The notes below the pieces were generated by a model. That model was not told where the DNA came from, made no database searches, and saw only the letters and a list, made by a program, of their open reading frames with translations. This document shows, piece after piece, positions 43,457 to 64,000 of a stretch of 64,000 nt of DNA (positions within the stretch are counted from its first letter, which is position 1; every line of letters begins with the position of its first letter). The translations under genes and the position numbers were made by a program. Where the stretch lies: NCBI GenBank assembly GCA_012295275.1, contig CM022666.1, positions 16,306,001 to 16,370,000 on the forward strand. The letters are read 5' to 3'. This DNA is from Chrysomallon squamiferum (Eukaryota > Animalia > Mollusca).

Positions 43457-44109
43457 TGGTCTCTCTGTATTTTGCAGTTGTTGTAGATGCAGGAAACAGC
43501 AAAACAGATGTTGCTTGCACTGAGTGAATTGTCAATGTTGTGTTAATGACTCTTGGTAATGACTTGGAATATGATGTACCTAGAAATTCTCGATTCTACA
43601 TAATGGAATTTTATTATTAACAAATATGTCATTTAAGAGAGCTGGAGAAAAAATACTAACTGAAAAAAGGAGAGAGTGAGAGAGAAATGGTGAGAAAAAA
43701 ACAGAAAGGGGGATAATGAGAAAAACAAAGTATGGAGAGAAGTGTAATAAATTTATTTTATAATTTGTGTTCATCAGAGTTAATGTTTGACTCAAAACAG
43801 GAATATTTTGAATTATAATAATAATTTTTATTCAACATTTGTTTTGTAAACCATACAAATAAAAGAGTATATTTGATATCTGAATATTTATTTACATTTC
43901 TTTTTATTTTTTTAAAACTTTTTTTTATTTTGTTTTTTTATTTTACACATTTTAAACTTCATTCTGCAAACACCCCATATTTTATATGACACATATATAT
44001 GTCCATACAGTTCTGTAGTCTGTACGTTCTCATCTGGCAGAAATTATTTCTGTCTGTTCTTTCTCATATGATAGGAAATACGTCCATCCATCCAGAAGTC
44101 TGTGAGTTC

Positions 44110-53565
<9,456 letters not shown>

Positions 53566-54229
53566 GATGATCACTAGATGAGAAACCCGTCAGAGATGAC
53601 AGCTGACAGATAATTAAATTTATTTTATAAAAATGAACAGAATACAGTTTAATATTTATAATAACTTAATACGTTTGTGTGCAATGTAATCTATGAATGT
53701 ATAATTATTGTAAGAAACACTTTTTAATTATATGGATTTTTGCTTTCCTATTTTTGATAGATCGAAGTTTAAACAAAATTAGTGTTTATCTAACAGTTAA
53801 TTCTTTTACAAATGGGCATCAGCAATAGAGAAAAATAAAAATGTAAGTAAATATTAATAGTGAAATGTTACAAACGCCAGCTAAGAAAATTACATTGTCT
53901 ACAGACTTTATGTCGCCTTTAGACTTTACAATAGAATTATTGGTAGTCCAAAAATTTACACCAAACATAAACATATTAAATAATAATATTATCTTTTTGC
54001 CTTTTACACCTTAAGGAGAAAAAATAATTTTTAACTAAGATTAATAGTTAAAATGGCACGAACATCATTATATTAACCTTTCTGTCTCTTTTACTTATTT
54101 TTAACTAAAATTAATAGCTGAAATCAAAATATTAAAACAGTGATATATTCAATAATTTAACATTCTGTAGCTCTAACTGACATTAATAAATTTAATAACA
54201 AAAATATCTTCTATAATTATAACATTTAC

Positions 54230-54330
54230 CTTTTCTTTTCTTTTTTTCTTTTTTTGATGACAGAGAAAAACGAAGGACTACGTAGAGAAAATGAACGCGA
54301 CAACAAATCGAACGTTTCTGATTGGTTGAA
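54230..54330 (-). promoter_or_regulatory. Candidate 5' UTR exon and promoter of SLC5 copy A
   Basis: Donor AAAAG|GTAAA at 54230, CCAAT box (ctgattggtt at about 54318) upstream, and an acceptor-like TGTCAG at about 53603 just before the ATG exon. Confidence 0.35.
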
Positions 54331-55043
54331 ACGTCTACTGCTTTATCTATTCAAACACAGGCGTGAACAATCAAACTAACAGTGGCTTTGTTTGAACGCA
54401 TAAATGAATAGAAATTTGTTGCGTTTGAACACCGAAACACTGATCATGTATACTTATGTATGTGTATATGTGTACGTGTATAAATAGGTACGTATATCGG
54501 TAGGTATGTACCCGTATATTAGTATGTTGTGTTTGTTTATGTATATATCTATATATCTATGTATATAGGTATGCATATTTAGTTTTGTACGAATGTACGT
54601 ATCTGTCAGTATGTGTTTGTTTGTATATGTACGTATATTTATTTCTGTAGGTATGTCCGTATCTATAATTATGTGTGTACATATTTAGGTTTGTATGTAC
54701 GTAACCACTGATTTGAAACATCACTGAAGCAAAAATTTCACATACGATCGGATCGTTGATTTGGTAATATGATGTGGGGGGTTATGGACGACTGACCCCA
54801 ACCTTTTTAAATAAAGCATATTTATTTTGTTGTTGTTGTTGTTGTTGTTATTATTATTATTATTATTTAAATTATTCTGAATTTTATTTAGGTGTCTTTA
54901 CTCTTCTTAAAAAGCAAGTTCTTCAGCCTTATTTATCTTCGTATGTGCACATATGTAATCATCAGTGTATCAGAACTTATTAGTACAATTTTGCGTACAT
55001 ATGTACGTCAATGTGTGTGCAAATGTGGGCGTATGTAAATCAG

Positions 55044-55180
<137 letters not shown>

Positions 55181-55476
55181 AATAACGAAGAAACAGACAG
55201 ATAGATCAGAGAAAAAGTTGGATTCCAGAAGGGGATATTATTACTTCCTGAGCCCGAATAATATTTAAACGTCGTGAATAACTAGTACAGATTATAAATC
55301 CAAATTAGGTTAATTCCATTTTTGTATTTATATTTATAGCAGTGATGTTTAAATACAAGTTTACATTCATCCAACAACTGATAAATTTTTTATGAACACA
55401 GGGTATTTCTTTCCATCCGTCATCAGTCTGTTCATTTCCTTTTCTTGCCAGACTTTGTCTGGTCGTCTGTTTGTTC

Positions 55477-63858
<8,382 letters not shown>

Positions 63859-64000
63859 CTAAAATAATGAAATAAGTAAAATAACAATCAAACGATTGAA
63901 AGAATAAATATTTTATTTAACAGTAAATGTCTCATGTTTGGCTTAAATTCACTGAAGCAATTTGATTTTAAGCTTTTGATCTTCTTCTTATTCTTTTTTT

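Overview
AT-rich, microsatellite-dense animal genomic DNA, not prokaryotic. Gene style, the invertebrate-type U2 and SINE-like remnants suggest a lophotrochozoan, probably a gastropod mollusc (inference). Almost all ORFs in the supplied track are microsatellite artefacts; the real genes are spliced and were rebuilt by hand from GT-AG boundaries and reading phase. Five protein-coding genes: (1) a compact plakin-family gene (- strand, about 790 aa: plakin-domain spectrin repeats with SH3, joined almost directly to plectin repeats), with several candidate alternative first exons up to 30.6 kb; (2) a Cys-type methionine-R-sulfoxide reductase MsrB (+); (3) the BRCC3/BRCC36 JAMM deubiquitinase (+); (4, 5) two tandem SLC5 sodium:solute symporter paralogues (-), one with a 1-bp frameshift in an exon otherwise identical between the copies, the other running off the window. 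An altered U2 snRNA copy lies antisense in an SLC5 intron. The most striking unexplained pattern is that minisatellites in all five genes are built from the exon-intron junction itself, producing tandem arrays of duplicated splice sites.
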